This document shows positions 28,379 to 38,315 of a stretch of DNA of 64,000 bases, piece after piece. How positions within the stretch are numbered: position 1 is the stretch's first letter; every line of letters begins with the position of its first letter. The stretch is from contig JBDRJN010000014.1 of the NCBI GenBank assembly GCA_043814965.1, forward strand, positions 3,084 to 67,083. The letters run 5' to 3'. The translations under genes were made by a program, and so were the position numbers. A model generated the notes under the pieces. It saw only the letters and a list, made by a program, of their open reading frames with translations. It was not told the origin of the DNA and did no database searches. Source of the DNA: Candidatus Omnitrophota bacterium (GTDB taxonomy: Bacteria; Omnitrophota; Gorgyraeia; Gorgyraeales; Gorgyraeaceae).

Positions 28379-29614
28379 ATGAAACGGAATAAAATTTATA
28401 TAATAGATGTTACAAATAGGGATGGGGTCCAAACGTCCAGGCTGGGTTTGGCAAAACTCCAAAAGACAATGATCAATATTTACCTGAACAATATGGGTGT
28501 TTACGGGAGCGAATTCGGGTTTCCAGTGACAAGGCACGAGACCAACTATATAAACGCAAATCTGGAGTTGGCGCGTAGAAAGGTCATCCATCCGCTTAAA
28601 CTAAGTGGATGGGTAAGGGCTATCAAAGAGGACATAAAGAAAGCAGTAGAAATGACAGATATAAAAAATATAAATATGTCTATTTCTACGTCAGAGCAAA
28701 TGACCTCGGGTAAATTCCAGGGGAAGAAAACCAGGGATGATGTATTGAAGCTGATGGTAGACGCATTGATCTATGCGAGAAAGCAAGACCTTAAGATAAT
28801 AGGAGTAAACGCAGAAGATGCTTCCCGTACGGATATGGAATATCTGATAAAGTTTGCCAAGGCTGCAAAAGAGTACGGTGCAGATAGATTCAGATACTGC
28901 GATACTCTAGGGTATGACGACCCTTTCACTATATATGACAGGATAAGAGAGCTTGCTGAAAATGTACATATGCCGATAGAGCTTCACTGTCATAATGACC
29001 TTGGTATGGTAGTAGCTTGTTCTGTAGCTGGCGCAAAAGCAGCTATTGACGCAGGATGCGACGCTTATATCAACACTACGGTAAACGGGATGGGTGAGCG
29101 GGCAGGTAATGCGGATCTAATATCTGTGATACTGGCTATTAAGTATTCTAGCGGTTTCAGCGGTAAATATGAATTGGATAGTAATATAAAGCTTGATCAT
29201 GCGTGGAAGATAGCTAAATACGCAAGCTATGCGTTTGGAGTGCCTATTCCTATAAATCAGCCTGGCGTAGGGTCCAATGCATTTGCCCATGAATCAGGAA
29301 TACACGCTGACGGCGCTTTAAAAGACAGGCGTAACTATGAGCTATATGATTTTGAAGAACTCGGAAGAGGAGAGGCTGAGATCGTAGAGACTGGAAGGCA
29401 GATAACCGCAGGAGAATATAGCGGAATAAAAGGTTTTAGAAATGTCTATGAGAGACTGGAAGTAAAGTTCAAGGACGATAAAGAAGCGACAAAGGTGTTG
29501 GAGCTGGTAAGATATGCTAACGTTCACACTCAAAAGCCTCTTACTAATGAAGAACTTAAATTTATATCAACATATCCTGATATAGCAAAAAAGATCTTTA
29601 CAATGAACCCGTAA
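28379..29614 (+). CDS. DRE-TIM acetyl-CoA condensing enzyme (homocitrate synthase/NifV-like)
   Basis: DVTNRDGVQ, HCHNDLG, NGMGERAGN, FAHESGIH. Confidence 0.8.
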   Translation: MKRNKIYIIDVTNRDGVQTSRLGLAKLQKTMINIYLNNMGVYGSEFGFPVTRHETNYINANLELARRKVIHPLKLSGWVRAIKEDIKKAVEMTDIKNINMSISTSEQMTSGKFQGKKTRDDVLKLMVDALIYARKQDLKIIGVNAEDASRTDMEYLIKFAKAAKEYGADRFRYCDTLGYDDPFTIYDRIRELAENVHMPIELHCHNDLGMVVACSVAGAKAAIDAGCDAYINTTVNGMGERAGNADLISVILAIKYSSGFSGKYELDSNIKLDHAWKIAKYASYAFGVPIPINQPGVGSNAFAHESGIHADGALKDRRNYELYDFEELGRGEAEIVETGRQITAGEYSGIKGFRNVYERLEVKFKDDKEATKVLELVRYANVHTQKPLTNEELKFISTYPDIAKKIFTMNP

Positions 29615-29675
29615 TCACCTAGCCATTACTGAAAATATATTTTTAATGTATGATATATAAGAGGAGAATAGTGTT

Positions 29676-30908
29676 ATGTCTTGTAAAATAGTGGTCGGAG
29701 CGCAATGGGGAGACGAGGGGAAAGGCAAGATCATAGATATATTAGCCAAAGATGCGGATATCATAGCCAGATATCAAGGCGGTAACAATGCCGGACATAC
29801 GGTTGTGGTTGAAGGCAAGGAAGTGATCTTGCATATTATTCCCTCAGGTATTTTACATAAAGGAAAACTTTGCGTTATAGGCAATGGAGTTGTCGTGGAC
29901 CCTGAAGCATTTCTGACAGAGATAAAGATGCTTAAGAGTAAAGGCGTCAAACTCTATGATAATATAGTAATAAGTGAATCAGCGCATGTAATACTTCCTT
30001 ATCATAAAGTTATAGATAAAAGGCGAGGCGCAAGGATCGGTACTACAGGCAGGGGCATAGGGCCTTGTTATGTTGATAAGATGGCGCGCTGCGGGATAAG
30101 GATAATAGACCTGATAAACGAGGGCTTATTAAAGGAAAAGCTTAAAGCAAATCTTGAAGGTTCAAGCGAGTTTGATTTTGACGAGATATATAAGACGTAC
30201 CTTGATTATGGCAAAAAATTAAAAAAATATTTAGGCAATGTGTCTTTGATCTTAAATAAAGCAATTGATAAGAAAAAGGATATTCTTTTTGAAGGCGCTC
30301 AAGGGGCATTGCTTGACGTAGACCACGGGACTTATCCTTTTGTCACATCCAGCAATCCAACCGCAGGAGGCGCGTTGACCGGTACAGGTGTCGGGCCTAC
30401 AAAGATAGATAAGGTCATAGGGGTTGTCAAGGCATATTCAACAAGGGTTGGAGAAGGGCCTTTCCCGACAGAGTTTGAAGATGATCTTATGGAGAAGATC
30501 AGGTCAAAAGGAAAAGAATTTGGCGCTACGACTGGAAGGCCTCGCAGATGCGGATGGTTTGATGCGGTAATAGTGAGACATTCCGCAAGAGTCAATGGAT
30601 TGAGCGAGATAGCAGTGACAAAACTTGATGTGCTGGATGAGATGCCAAAGATCAAGATATGCACAGGATATAAATATAACAGCAGTATCTATAAAGAATT
30701 TCCTTCTGATATAGATGTCCTGCGTTATTCTAAACCTTTGTATGAAGAACACGATGGATGGATGCAGGATACGACGAGCGTTACAAGCTATAAGGGCCTG
30801 CCAAAAAATGCCAGGAGTTACCTTGAAAGATTATCAAGGCTTCTAGGCGTCAAGATAGGGATGGTCTCGGTAGGGGTCGAGAGAAAACAAGCTTTTAAAG
30901 TGAAATAA
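29676..30908 (+). CDS. purA: Adenylosuccinate synthetase
   Basis: QWGDEGKGK, GGNNAGHT, IGTTGRGIGP, TTGRPRRCGW. Confidence 0.97.
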   Translation: MSCKIVVGAQWGDEGKGKIIDILAKDADIIARYQGGNNAGHTVVVEGKEVILHIIPSGILHKGKLCVIGNGVVVDPEAFLTEIKMLKSKGVKLYDNIVISESAHVILPYHKVIDKRRGARIGTTGRGIGPCYVDKMARCGIRIIDLINEGLLKEKLKANLEGSSEFDFDEIYKTYLDYGKKLKKYLGNVSLILNKAIDKKKDILFEGAQGALLDVDHGTYPFVTSSNPTAGGALTGTGVGPTKIDKVIGVVKAYSTRVGEGPFPTEFEDDLMEKIRSKGKEFGATTGRPRRCGWFDAVIVRHSARVNGLSEIAVTKLDVLDEMPKIKICTGYKYNSSIYKEFPSDIDVLRYSKPLYEEHDGWMQDTTSVTSYKGLPKNARSYLERLSRLLGVKIGMVSVGVERKQAFKVK

Positions 30909-30929
30909 TTAGAAAGGAGAAACATCAAG

Positions 30930-33020
30930 ATGTTATTTTTAGCTCCGATTGCTTCGATAGTAGCCATACTTTTTGCAATATCCCTTATTTATAAGATAAT
31001 GCGTTATAACGAAGGCACTGACAGGATGCGAGAGATCGCCGAATGGGTCAGGGAAGGCGCATACGCGTATATTAAAAGACAGTATATGGTAGTAGGGATA
31101 TTTTTTGCAGTTACTTTTTCTATCTTATTTATTTTATATTTAAAAGGATATCTTATAGTATTTGTCCCGTTTGCATTTATAACAGGAGGCTTGTTCTCAG
31201 GCCTTTGCGGGTATATAGGCATGAGCGTTGCAACGCGCGCTAGCGCAAGGACTACAGAAGCAGCAAGGACCAGTTTGAACGGCGCTTTAAAGGTTGCATT
31301 TTCAAGTGGAGCAGTAATGGGGCTTATGGTCGTAGGTTTAGGGCTTCTGGATCTAAGTATATGGTATTATTTCCTTAGTTGGTATTACAGAGGCCTTGAA
31401 GAGGCAATACGCATACAAAATATAACCAGCACAATGCTTAATTTTGGAATGGGCGCCAGCTCTATGGCGCTTTTTGCCAGAGTCGGAGGAGGTATCTTTA
31501 CAAAAGCAGCTGATGTAGGGGCTGACCTTGTCGGAAAAGTCGAGGCTGGCATACCAGAAGATGACCCCAGAAATCCCGCAGTTATAGCTGATAATGTCGG
31601 AGATAACGTAGGAGATGTAGCTGGTATGGGAGCTGATCTATACGAATCATACGTTGGTTCTATTGTTGCTACCATGGCGCTTGGTTCAGCCGCATTTATA
31701 AGTTACGGGAAAAGCTTAAGCGGCATTACAATACCTTTGGTCATGGCTGCTGTAGGAGTGCTGGCGAGTTTGATAGGTACTTTCTTTGTGAAGTCCGGAG
31801 AAAAGGCTGAGCAGGAAGAATTATTAAAGGCATTGAGAAAAGGCGTATTTGTCAGCGCAGGCCTAGTAGCAGTATCATCGTATTTTGTAATAAGGTTTGT
31901 TCTGGGTGTAGAGTTTATAGGAGTTTATGGAGCAGTCCTCTCAGGTTTGATAGCAGGGATAGTCCTTGGGCTTTCAACAGAATATTTTACGTCAGATAGA
32001 TATTCTCCAACAAGGGCAGTAGCAAAGTCCAGCGCAACCGGGCCAGCGACTGTTATAATATCAGGCCTTTCAGTGGGCATGCTTTCCACGATTATCCCTG
32101 TAATAGTCGTAGCAATAGCTATTTTAACAAGTTTCTATTTTGCAGGCGGGGCAAGGGATTTTAGTCTAGGGTTATATGGCGTGGGCATTGCAGCGGTTGG
32201 CATGCTCTCCACATTAGGTATTACTCTTGCTACAGATGCCTATGGGCCTGTTGCAGATAACGCTGGCGGGAACGCAGAGATGTCAGGCCAGCCCTCAGAA
32301 GTACGTAAACGCACAGATGCGCTGGACACGCTCGGGAATACTACCGCAGCTACTGGTAAAGGTTTTGCTATAGGTTCAGCCGCATTATCAGCCTTAGCTT
32401 TGATAGCAGCATACAGGGAACACCTCCATTTATTAGGAAGAGATGTTAATACGGATATAATGAACCCAAGGCTTTTGGCAGGGCTTTTAATAGGCGGCAT
32501 GCTTCCCTTTGCTTTTTGCTCCCTTACAATGAGCGCCGTAGGAAGAGCTGCTTCAGGCATAGTGGTCGAAGTGAGAAGGCAGTTTAGGGAGATCAAAGGC
32601 CTCATGGAAGGAAAGGCTGTTCCGGATTATGCAAAATGCGTAACCATTGTGACATCAAGCGCTCAAAAGGAAATGATACTTCCATCGCTTCTTGCAATAC
32701 TTGCGCCTATTGTGGTAGGGCTTTTGATGGGAATTGAGGCAGGCCTCGGGCTTCTGGTCGGATCCCTTGTGTCAGGATTTGTATTGGCGATCATGATGGC
32801 TAATTCAGGCGGAGCTTGGGATAATGCTAAAAAATATATTGAAAGCGGACATGAGGGAGGTAAAGGTTCTCCCGCGCACAAGGCAGCAGTCGTAGGAGAT
32901 ACTGTAGGAGACCCATTCAAAGATACAGCAGGGCCATCTTTGAATATACTCATAAAATTGATGTCAATGGTGTCTATAGTCTTCGCGTCTTTTATAATAG
33001 GCAATACTTTATTCAAATAG
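30930..33020 (+). CDS. hppA: Membrane-bound Na+/H+-translocating pyrophosphatase, K+-dependent type
   Basis: KAADVGADLVGKVE, DNVGDNVGD, GNTTAA (Ala indicates K+ dependence), GDTVGDPFKD. Confidence 0.95.
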   Translation: MLFLAPIASIVAILFAISLIYKIMRYNEGTDRMREIAEWVREGAYAYIKRQYMVVGIFFAVTFSILFILYLKGYLIVFVPFAFITGGLFSGLCGYIGMSVATRASARTTEAARTSLNGALKVAFSSGAVMGLMVVGLGLLDLSIWYYFLSWYYRGLEEAIRIQNITSTMLNFGMGASSMALFARVGGGIFTKAADVGADLVGKVEAGIPEDDPRNPAVIADNVGDNVGDVAGMGADLYESYVGSIVATMALGSAAFISYGKSLSGITIPLVMAAVGVLASLIGTFFVKSGEKAEQEELLKALRKGVFVSAGLVAVSSYFVIRFVLGVEFIGVYGAVLSGLIAGIVLGLSTEYFTSDRYSPTRAVAKSSATGPATVIISGLSVGMLSTIIPVIVVAIAILTSFYFAGGARDFSLGLYGVGIAAVGMLSTLGITLATDAYGPVADNAGGNAEMSGQPSEVRKRTDALDTLGNTTAATGKGFAIGSAALSALALIAAYREHLHLLGRDVNTDIMNPRLLAGLLIGGMLPFAFCSLTMSAVGRAASGIVVEVRRQFREIKGLMEGKAVPDYAKCVTIVTSSAQKEMILPSLLAILAPIVVGLLMGIEAGLGLLVGSLVSGFVLAIMMANSGGAWDNAKKYIESGHEGGKGSPAHKAAVVGDTVGDPFKDTAGPSLNILIKLMSMVSIVFASFIIGNTLFK

Positions 33021-33081
33021 ATGTTGACTTTGCTAGGTCGGAGTATTAGAGTATAATATAAATAAAAATAGGAGGTTTTGC

Positions 33082-33813
33082 ATGCTTACCAAACGATCCC
33101 ATTTATCTTTCCTAGTAAGTATACTTGTGATTTCTTTTATCTTCTCAGGTTGTACCGTAACCCTTCAAAAAGGAAGACGCAGTGATATCGAAAAGATAGA
33201 CTCTCTCAATAAAGAGATAGAGATGCTTAATTCCAGGTTTGGTTCCCTGGAGCATGAGAAATCAAATGAGATAAAAGAGCTGGAAGAAGCAAAAAAACTT
33301 CTTGAAGAGAGATTGAGGCAGGAGATAGGAGATGACTCTATAAGGCTGGAGATGGCAGAAAAAGGCCTAGCCATTATATTTTTGACAGAGGTGTTATTTG
33401 ATTCAGGAAAAGATGTCATAAAAGAAGAGGCATTCAAGGCATTAGATAAGATCTCGAAAGTATTAGAGGAGAATGTCGGTAAAAGAAATATAGGTATAGA
33501 AGGCCATACAGATAATGACCCCATAAAGTACTCTGGCTGGAAATCCAACTGGGAGCTCTCCACTGCAAGGGCTACAAGTGTGCTTCATTATTTAGTAGAC
33601 GAAAAAGGCATTGATCCAACAAGAGTCTCTGCAACAGGTTATGGTGAGTATAGGCCTGTCGGTTCCAATGATACTGAAGAAGGGCGCAGGCAGAACAGGC
33701 GCGTAGAGATAGTGATCCTGCCTAAGAACCTGGAAAAGATACAAGCAGACATGCAAAAGATAGTCGAGAGAAAAAGAGAGATAGAAAAGAGGCTTGAGAT
33801 ATACAAAAAGTAG
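33082..33813 (+). CDS. OmpA/MotB-type peptidoglycan-binding lipoprotein with coiled coil
   Basis: Lipobox FSGC; LFDSG, IEGHTD, NWELSTARA, NRRVEI. Confidence 0.85.
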   Translation: MLTKRSHLSFLVSILVISFIFSGCTVTLQKGRRSDIEKIDSLNKEIEMLNSRFGSLEHEKSNEIKELEEAKKLLEERLRQEIGDDSIRLEMAEKGLAIIFLTEVLFDSGKDVIKEEAFKALDKISKVLEENVGKRNIGIEGHTDNDPIKYSGWKSNWELSTARATSVLHYLVDEKGIDPTRVSATGYGEYRPVGSNDTEEGRRQNRRVEIVILPKNLEKIQADMQKIVERKREIEKRLEIYKK

Positions 33814-33842
33814 CTGCTGCAAGAAAAAAGGAGAATAAGAAA

Positions 33843-34166
33843 GTGAAAAAACAACAGTTTTCCAACACAATAGCACCGGCAATAGTGATTATCATTTGTA
33901 TAGTTCTTGCAGTAAATACAACTATACTCAATGTTAAGCTTGGTAAAGCAGAGTCTAAGGCAGTTTTTGTAAAGAACCTGGAAGGCCAGGTCTTGGACCT
34001 ACGCTCTAAACTAGAAGAACAGCGTATCGCATCAGAAGAATTAAAAAAATCACTTAGTGAAGCTGATAAAGATCTTGAAGATTTCAGGGTGATAAATGCT
34101 GACCTTGAATCAAGGCTTAAAGGCGCCTTGGATGCATTGCAAGGGCCATCTGGAGAAGTAAAATAA
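33843..34166 (+). CDS. Hypothetical membrane-anchored coiled-coil protein
   Basis: GTG start with AGGAGA RBS; one TM helix then heptad-rich sequence. Confidence 0.65.
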   Translation: MKKQQFSNTIAPAIVIIICIVLAVNTTILNVKLGKAESKAVFVKNLEGQVLDLRSKLEEQRIASEELKKSLSEADKDLEDFRVINADLESRLKGALDALQGPSGEVK

Positions 34167-34200
34167 AATATTTTTTTAATTTTTAAGGATCAATGGAAAG

Positions 34201-34241
34201 ACGCGAATAGCGTTTTAAGAATGACGCGTTCGCGTTTTTTT
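34201..34241 (+). terminator. Putative intrinsic terminator
   Basis: ACGCGAA...TTCGCGT stem followed by a T run. Confidence 0.5.
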
Positions 34242-34251
34242 ATAAATATTT

Positions 34252-34950
34252 ATGGATAATCCAGAGCATATAGCAATAATCATGGACGGTAATGGAAGGT
34301 GGGCCAAGGAAAGGCATCTTCCAAAACTGGCAGGCCACAAAAAAGGCGTAGAGACTGTAAGGAAAATAGTCGAATCCTGTATAAAATTCGATATAAGATA
34401 TCTTACGCTTTATGCCTTTTCAGCAGAGAATTGGGCTCGCCCTAAAGATGAAGTGAATGGGCTTTTTAAACTTTTAGATAATTTTCTTGATAGAGAGATG
34501 GCGCTTTTTCATGATAATAAAGTGAGGCTATGTATTATCGGAGAGAGGGATAGGTTAAGAGAGAATTTAAGAAAAAAAATAGAAAAATACGAGCTGGAGA
34601 CAAGAGGCTATAAGACGCTTACCACTAATATTGCATTGAGCTATGGCTCTAGGCAAGAGATCCTGGGAGCTGTAAAGTCCATTATAAAAGACGTAAAAGA
34701 CGGCGTATTGGATCCATCATGTATAGATGAAAAGGCCTTTGCCAGCTATTTATACACAAGAGATTGTCCTGATCCTGATCTCTTGATCCGCACGAGCGGA
34801 GAGATGAGAGTGTCCAATTTTTTATTATGGCAGATATCTTATAGCGAGTTATATGTCACTAAAAAATATTGGCCTGATTTTACAGGATCCGACCTTAAAA
34901 AGGCCATAGACGAATACAAGGCCAGGGAAAGAAGATTCGGCGGCAGATGA
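34252..34950 (+). CDS. uppS: Undecaprenyl diphosphate synthase
   Basis: HIAIIMDGNGRWA, FSAENW, IRTSGEMRVSNFLLWQ. Confidence 0.97.
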   Translation: MDNPEHIAIIMDGNGRWAKERHLPKLAGHKKGVETVRKIVESCIKFDIRYLTLYAFSAENWARPKDEVNGLFKLLDNFLDREMALFHDNKVRLCIIGERDRLRENLRKKIEKYELETRGYKTLTTNIALSYGSRQEILGAVKSIIKDVKDGVLDPSCIDEKAFASYLYTRDCPDPDLLIRTSGEMRVSNFLLWQISYSELYVTKKYWPDFTGSDLKKAIDEYKARERRFGGR

Positions 34951-35753
34951 CCATGATCAAAAGAACTGTTTCTTCGTTGATACTTATAGCGCTTACCGCT
35001 CTTACCATATTCATCCTGCCTGTATGGACGTTTGGAGTAGTGTGTTCTTTATTCATAGGCATAGGGCTATCGGAGTTCTTCAAACTCGATTCAAAGAACG
35101 GCCTGCCTAAAAGTTTCATAATGTTCGGTATTGTGATGGGTATGCTCCTTCCTTATATCACATATTTCTGTAACCCTGAAGGCGGTATATGGGAAGCTGG
35201 ATTTTTTATATTTAGCCTTATCGTCCTGTTCTTGATCCAGTTCACAAGAAAAGATGACCAGTATGCGGTCATGCTGATAGCATCGACACTTTTTGGGATA
35301 TTTTATATAGGTTGGTTTTTTACATTTCTAGTAAAACTTAGGTTCCTGGAGGAAGGGCATAAAATAGTAGCATATCTATTATTGGTTACAAAGGCAGGAG
35401 ATATAGGGGCGTATTTGATAGGTTCCAGGTTTGGCAGACATTCCCTTATTCCACGCATAAGCCCCAAGAAATCCATAGAGGGCGCATTGGGAGGGTTTTT
35501 GTTCAGTATTATCTTTGCAATATTTGCCAGGGCATGTTTAAAAGATGTTGCCTTTGGACATATTGTAATAGGCGGGGTCTTGATAGGAGTATTTGCGCAG
35601 CTCGGAGATCTAGCAGAGAGCCTTGTAAAGAGGAATTACCAGGTAAAGGATTCAAGTCCATTTCTTCCAGGCCTAGGAGGCATGCTTGATGTAATAGACA
35701 GCATCCTTTTTACGGCGCCTGTCTTTTATATCTATCTAAGGATAATAATGTAG
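34947..35753 (+). CDS. cdsA: Phosphatidate cytidylyltransferase
   Basis: ISPKKSIEG, GDLAESLVKR, KDSS...GGMLDVIDS. Confidence 0.95.
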   Translation: MTMIKRTVSSLILIALTALTIFILPVWTFGVVCSLFIGIGLSEFFKLDSKNGLPKSFIMFGIVMGMLLPYITYFCNPEGGIWEAGFFIFSLIVLFLIQFTRKDDQYAVMLIASTLFGIFYIGWFFTFLVKLRFLEEGHKIVAYLLLVTKAGDIGAYLIGSRFGRHSLIPRISPKKSIEGALGGFLFSIIFAIFARACLKDVAFGHIVIGGVLIGVFAQLGDLAESLVKRNYQVKDSSPFLPGLGGMLDVIDSILFTAPVFYIYLRIIM

Positions 35754-35770
35754 CTGGATAAAGGCATTGT

Positions 35771-36931
35771 ATGAAAAATATAGCTATTTTAGGTTCAACC
35801 GGGTCTATAGGCATAAACACGCTTGATGTTATATCTAGCCTGAGAAGCAGGTTTAAGGTGGATGCGCTTTCCTGCTATTCAAATATAGAGCTTTTATTAA
35901 AACAGGTTAAGTCATTCAAGCCAAGATATGTATGCGTAGTGGACCTCAAGAAAGCAAAGGAAGCTAAAAAAAGACTTTCCAGCAAGAATATAAGATTTTA
36001 TGAGGGTAAAGACGGCCTTCTTGAGATGGTGAATGATATTAAGCTCGATATAGTCATTGTAGCTATAGTAGGGTCTTCCGCGCTCTTACCTATTATGGCA
36101 TCTATAAAACATACAAAGAGGCTTGCGCTTGCAAATAAAGAAGCGCTTGTGATGGCAGGAAGTATTTTATTGGAGAAGGCAAAAGCGGACAATGTCGAGA
36201 TACTTCCTATAGATAGCGAACACAACGCGATTTTTCAATGTATAGGATCCGGAAAAGATACTGAGTTAAAAAAGATATACCTTACTGGTTCGGGCGGCCC
36301 ATTTTTACATATGCCAAAAAAACATTTTAACAGGATAACTCCCAAAGAAGCTATCAGGCATCCAAAATGGAGGATGGGCAAGAAGATATCAGTTGACTCA
36401 GCCACTATGATGAATAAAGGCTTAGAGATCATAGAGGCCCATCATCTTTTTGATGTACCTTCATCTAGCATAGAGGTTCTGGTGCATCCTGAGGCAGTTA
36501 TCCACTCGATGGTAGAGTTTTGCGATGGTTCCATATTAGCACAGCTGGGTAATTGCGATATGAGGCTTCCTATACAATATGCTCTTACATACCCGGACAG
36601 GTTATCTTCAAATGTACAAAAACTTAATTTTTCAAAGCTTCCTAGCATCAATTTTTATAAGCCTGACATTAAAAGATTCCCGTGCCTTGAGCTTGCATAC
36701 AGCGCTGCCAGGCATGGCAAGACATATCCTTGTGTCTTGAATGCATCTAATGAGATCGCTGTCAGGGAGTTTTTGAAAAATAAAATAAGATTTATGGATA
36801 TACCCAGGGCCATAGAAAAGGTCTTGAGCTTACATAAAAGCGTGAACGACCCTGGCTTGAACAACATATTAGAATCCGACAATTGGGCTAAAGAAAAAAC
36901 AAAGGAGATCTTAGGTGCTTTCAGCGGTTAG
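35771..36931 (+). CDS. dxr: 1-deoxy-D-xylulose-5-phosphate reductoisomerase
   Basis: LGSTGSIG, LANKE, PIDSEH, HPKWRMG. Confidence 0.97.
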   Translation: MKNIAILGSTGSIGINTLDVISSLRSRFKVDALSCYSNIELLLKQVKSFKPRYVCVVDLKKAKEAKKRLSSKNIRFYEGKDGLLEMVNDIKLDIVIVAIVGSSALLPIMASIKHTKRLALANKEALVMAGSILLEKAKADNVEILPIDSEHNAIFQCIGSGKDTELKKIYLTGSGGPFLHMPKKHFNRITPKEAIRHPKWRMGKKISVDSATMMNKGLEIIEAHHLFDVPSSSIEVLVHPEAVIHSMVEFCDGSILAQLGNCDMRLPIQYALTYPDRLSSNVQKLNFSKLPSINFYKPDIKRFPCLELAYSAARHGKTYPCVLNASNEIAVREFLKNKIRFMDIPRAIEKVLSLHKSVNDPGLNNILESDNWAKEKTKEILGAFSG

Positions 36932-38000
36932 TTTTATAGGCGTACTTAGTGTTTTGGTCATCGTACATGAATTCGGGCATTTTATTGTGGCAAAAAGGCT
37001 TGGGATATGTGTTGAAAAATTTTCTATAGGATTTGGGCCTGAGGTAATAGGTATTACAAAGAATGGAACGAGATACATTATCTCTCTCATACCTCTTGGA
37101 GGCTATGTCAAGCTTAAGGGGGAAAACGAAGCTGAAGGATTAAAAGGTGAAAGATCCGAATATCTTTCAAGGACAGTGGGAGAAAGGGCGAGAGTTATTT
37201 TTGCCGGGCCATTGCTTAATTATGTACTGGCATTTTTAGTCTTTTCTTTTGTCTTTATGGCCGGTTCCCCGACACTTACTTCCACTATTGGCAAAATATT
37301 ACCTGGTTATCCAGGAGAGACATCGGGCATTAAAGAAGGAGACCGTATATTAAAGATAAATGATATAGAGGTCAAATATTGGGATGATGTCACGCGAATT
37401 ATACATACTAATAAAGAAAGTGAACTTTATCTTCTGATAGAGAGAGGTCACGAGATATTGAATATCAAGGTATCCCCTAAGGAAGAGGATATGAATACAG
37501 TTTTTGGGACAAAGAAAAGAGTAGGCATCGTAGGTATTATGCCAAACGATGATATCGTATATATAAGATACGATTTTTTTAGATCATTCTATATGGGGGG
37601 TAAAAAATTAGTAGACCTCAGTTATCTGACAGTGAGAGCTCTATGGGCAAGTATAACAGGCAAGGTCCCTTTCAAACAATCCATCACAGGGCCTGTCGGC
37701 ATATTTTATATTACAGGAGAAGCAGCCAAGCTTGGTATAGTATATCTGCTTCAACTCATGGGGGTCTTGAGCATGTCTTTGGCTATATTCAATCTTCTGC
37801 CGTTTCCAGTACTCGACGGAGGGCATCTTTTTTTCCTTGCTATAGAAAAAATACGCAGAAAACCTATATCTATAAAAGTCCAGGAAAATGTGACCCAGGC
37901 TGGGTTTATATTTTTGATGGCGCTGATGCTTTTGGTTGTTTATAATGACCTTATAAGATTCGGCATATTCGATAAGATAGCGGGTTTTTGGCGGAAGTGA
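36915..38000 (+). CDS. rseP: RIP metalloprotease
   Basis: HEFGH, PDZ domain, NLLPFPVLDGG. Confidence 0.95.
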   Translation: MLSAVSFIGVLSVLVIVHEFGHFIVAKRLGICVEKFSIGFGPEVIGITKNGTRYIISLIPLGGYVKLKGENEAEGLKGERSEYLSRTVGERARVIFAGPLLNYVLAFLVFSFVFMAGSPTLTSTIGKILPGYPGETSGIKEGDRILKINDIEVKYWDDVTRIIHTNKESELYLLIERGHEILNIKVSPKEEDMNTVFGTKKRVGIVGIMPNDDIVYIRYDFFRSFYMGGKKLVDLSYLTVRALWASITGKVPFKQSITGPVGIFYITGEAAKLGIVYLLQLMGVLSMSLAIFNLLPFPVLDGGHLFFLAIEKIRRKPISIKVQENVTQAGFIFLMALMLLVVYNDLIRFGIFDKIAGFWRK

Positions 38001-38087
38001 GATTTATTTAAAGCTAAAAAGGAGCTTGTTCACTCATGAGAAAACTTTTCCCCTATAGTGCCAGTATATATTTTGACACTTGGGGCC

Positions 38088-38219
38088 GCCTTTTATTCTG
38101 TGTTTTGCCGGGACTCGAAAAACTCGTCCGCCAATATGTGTGGCGGACTTCAGACAGTTTCGAGTCTTTTAGCCTCATAAAATGTGACATAGAAACCGCC
38201 AAAACACTTCATAAAAGGC
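38088..38219. repeat. Long imperfect hairpin containing copy 2 of the AAACTCG...CAG repeat
   Basis: Outer arms GCCTTTTATTCTGTGTTTTGCCGG and CCGCCAAAACACTTCATAAAAGGC; inner GACTCGAAA/TTTCGAGTC; core GTCCGCCA-ATATGTG-TGGCGGAC. Confidence 0.8.
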
Positions 38220-38315
38220 TAAATTTTCTAATTCGCGAACAATCATCCTTTTTAGCTTAAATATATTTTAGCAAGTTTAATTAGGTTGAAAACATTATAT
38301 GCTACATACTAAAAA

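Noticed and set aside
33082-33813. Flagellar motor protein MotB
   Set aside because: No MotB transmembrane Asp motif, no motA neighbour, and a lipobox is present; called a generic OmpA/MotB-domain lipoprotein.
37643-37945. 100-aa alternative-frame ORF inside rseP
   Set aside because: Fully nested in a conserved gene with no independent support.
38036-38260. 74-aa + strand ORF between rseP and ispG
   Set aside because: Runs through the palindromic repeat, has no recognisable motif, and is better explained as non-coding repeat DNA.
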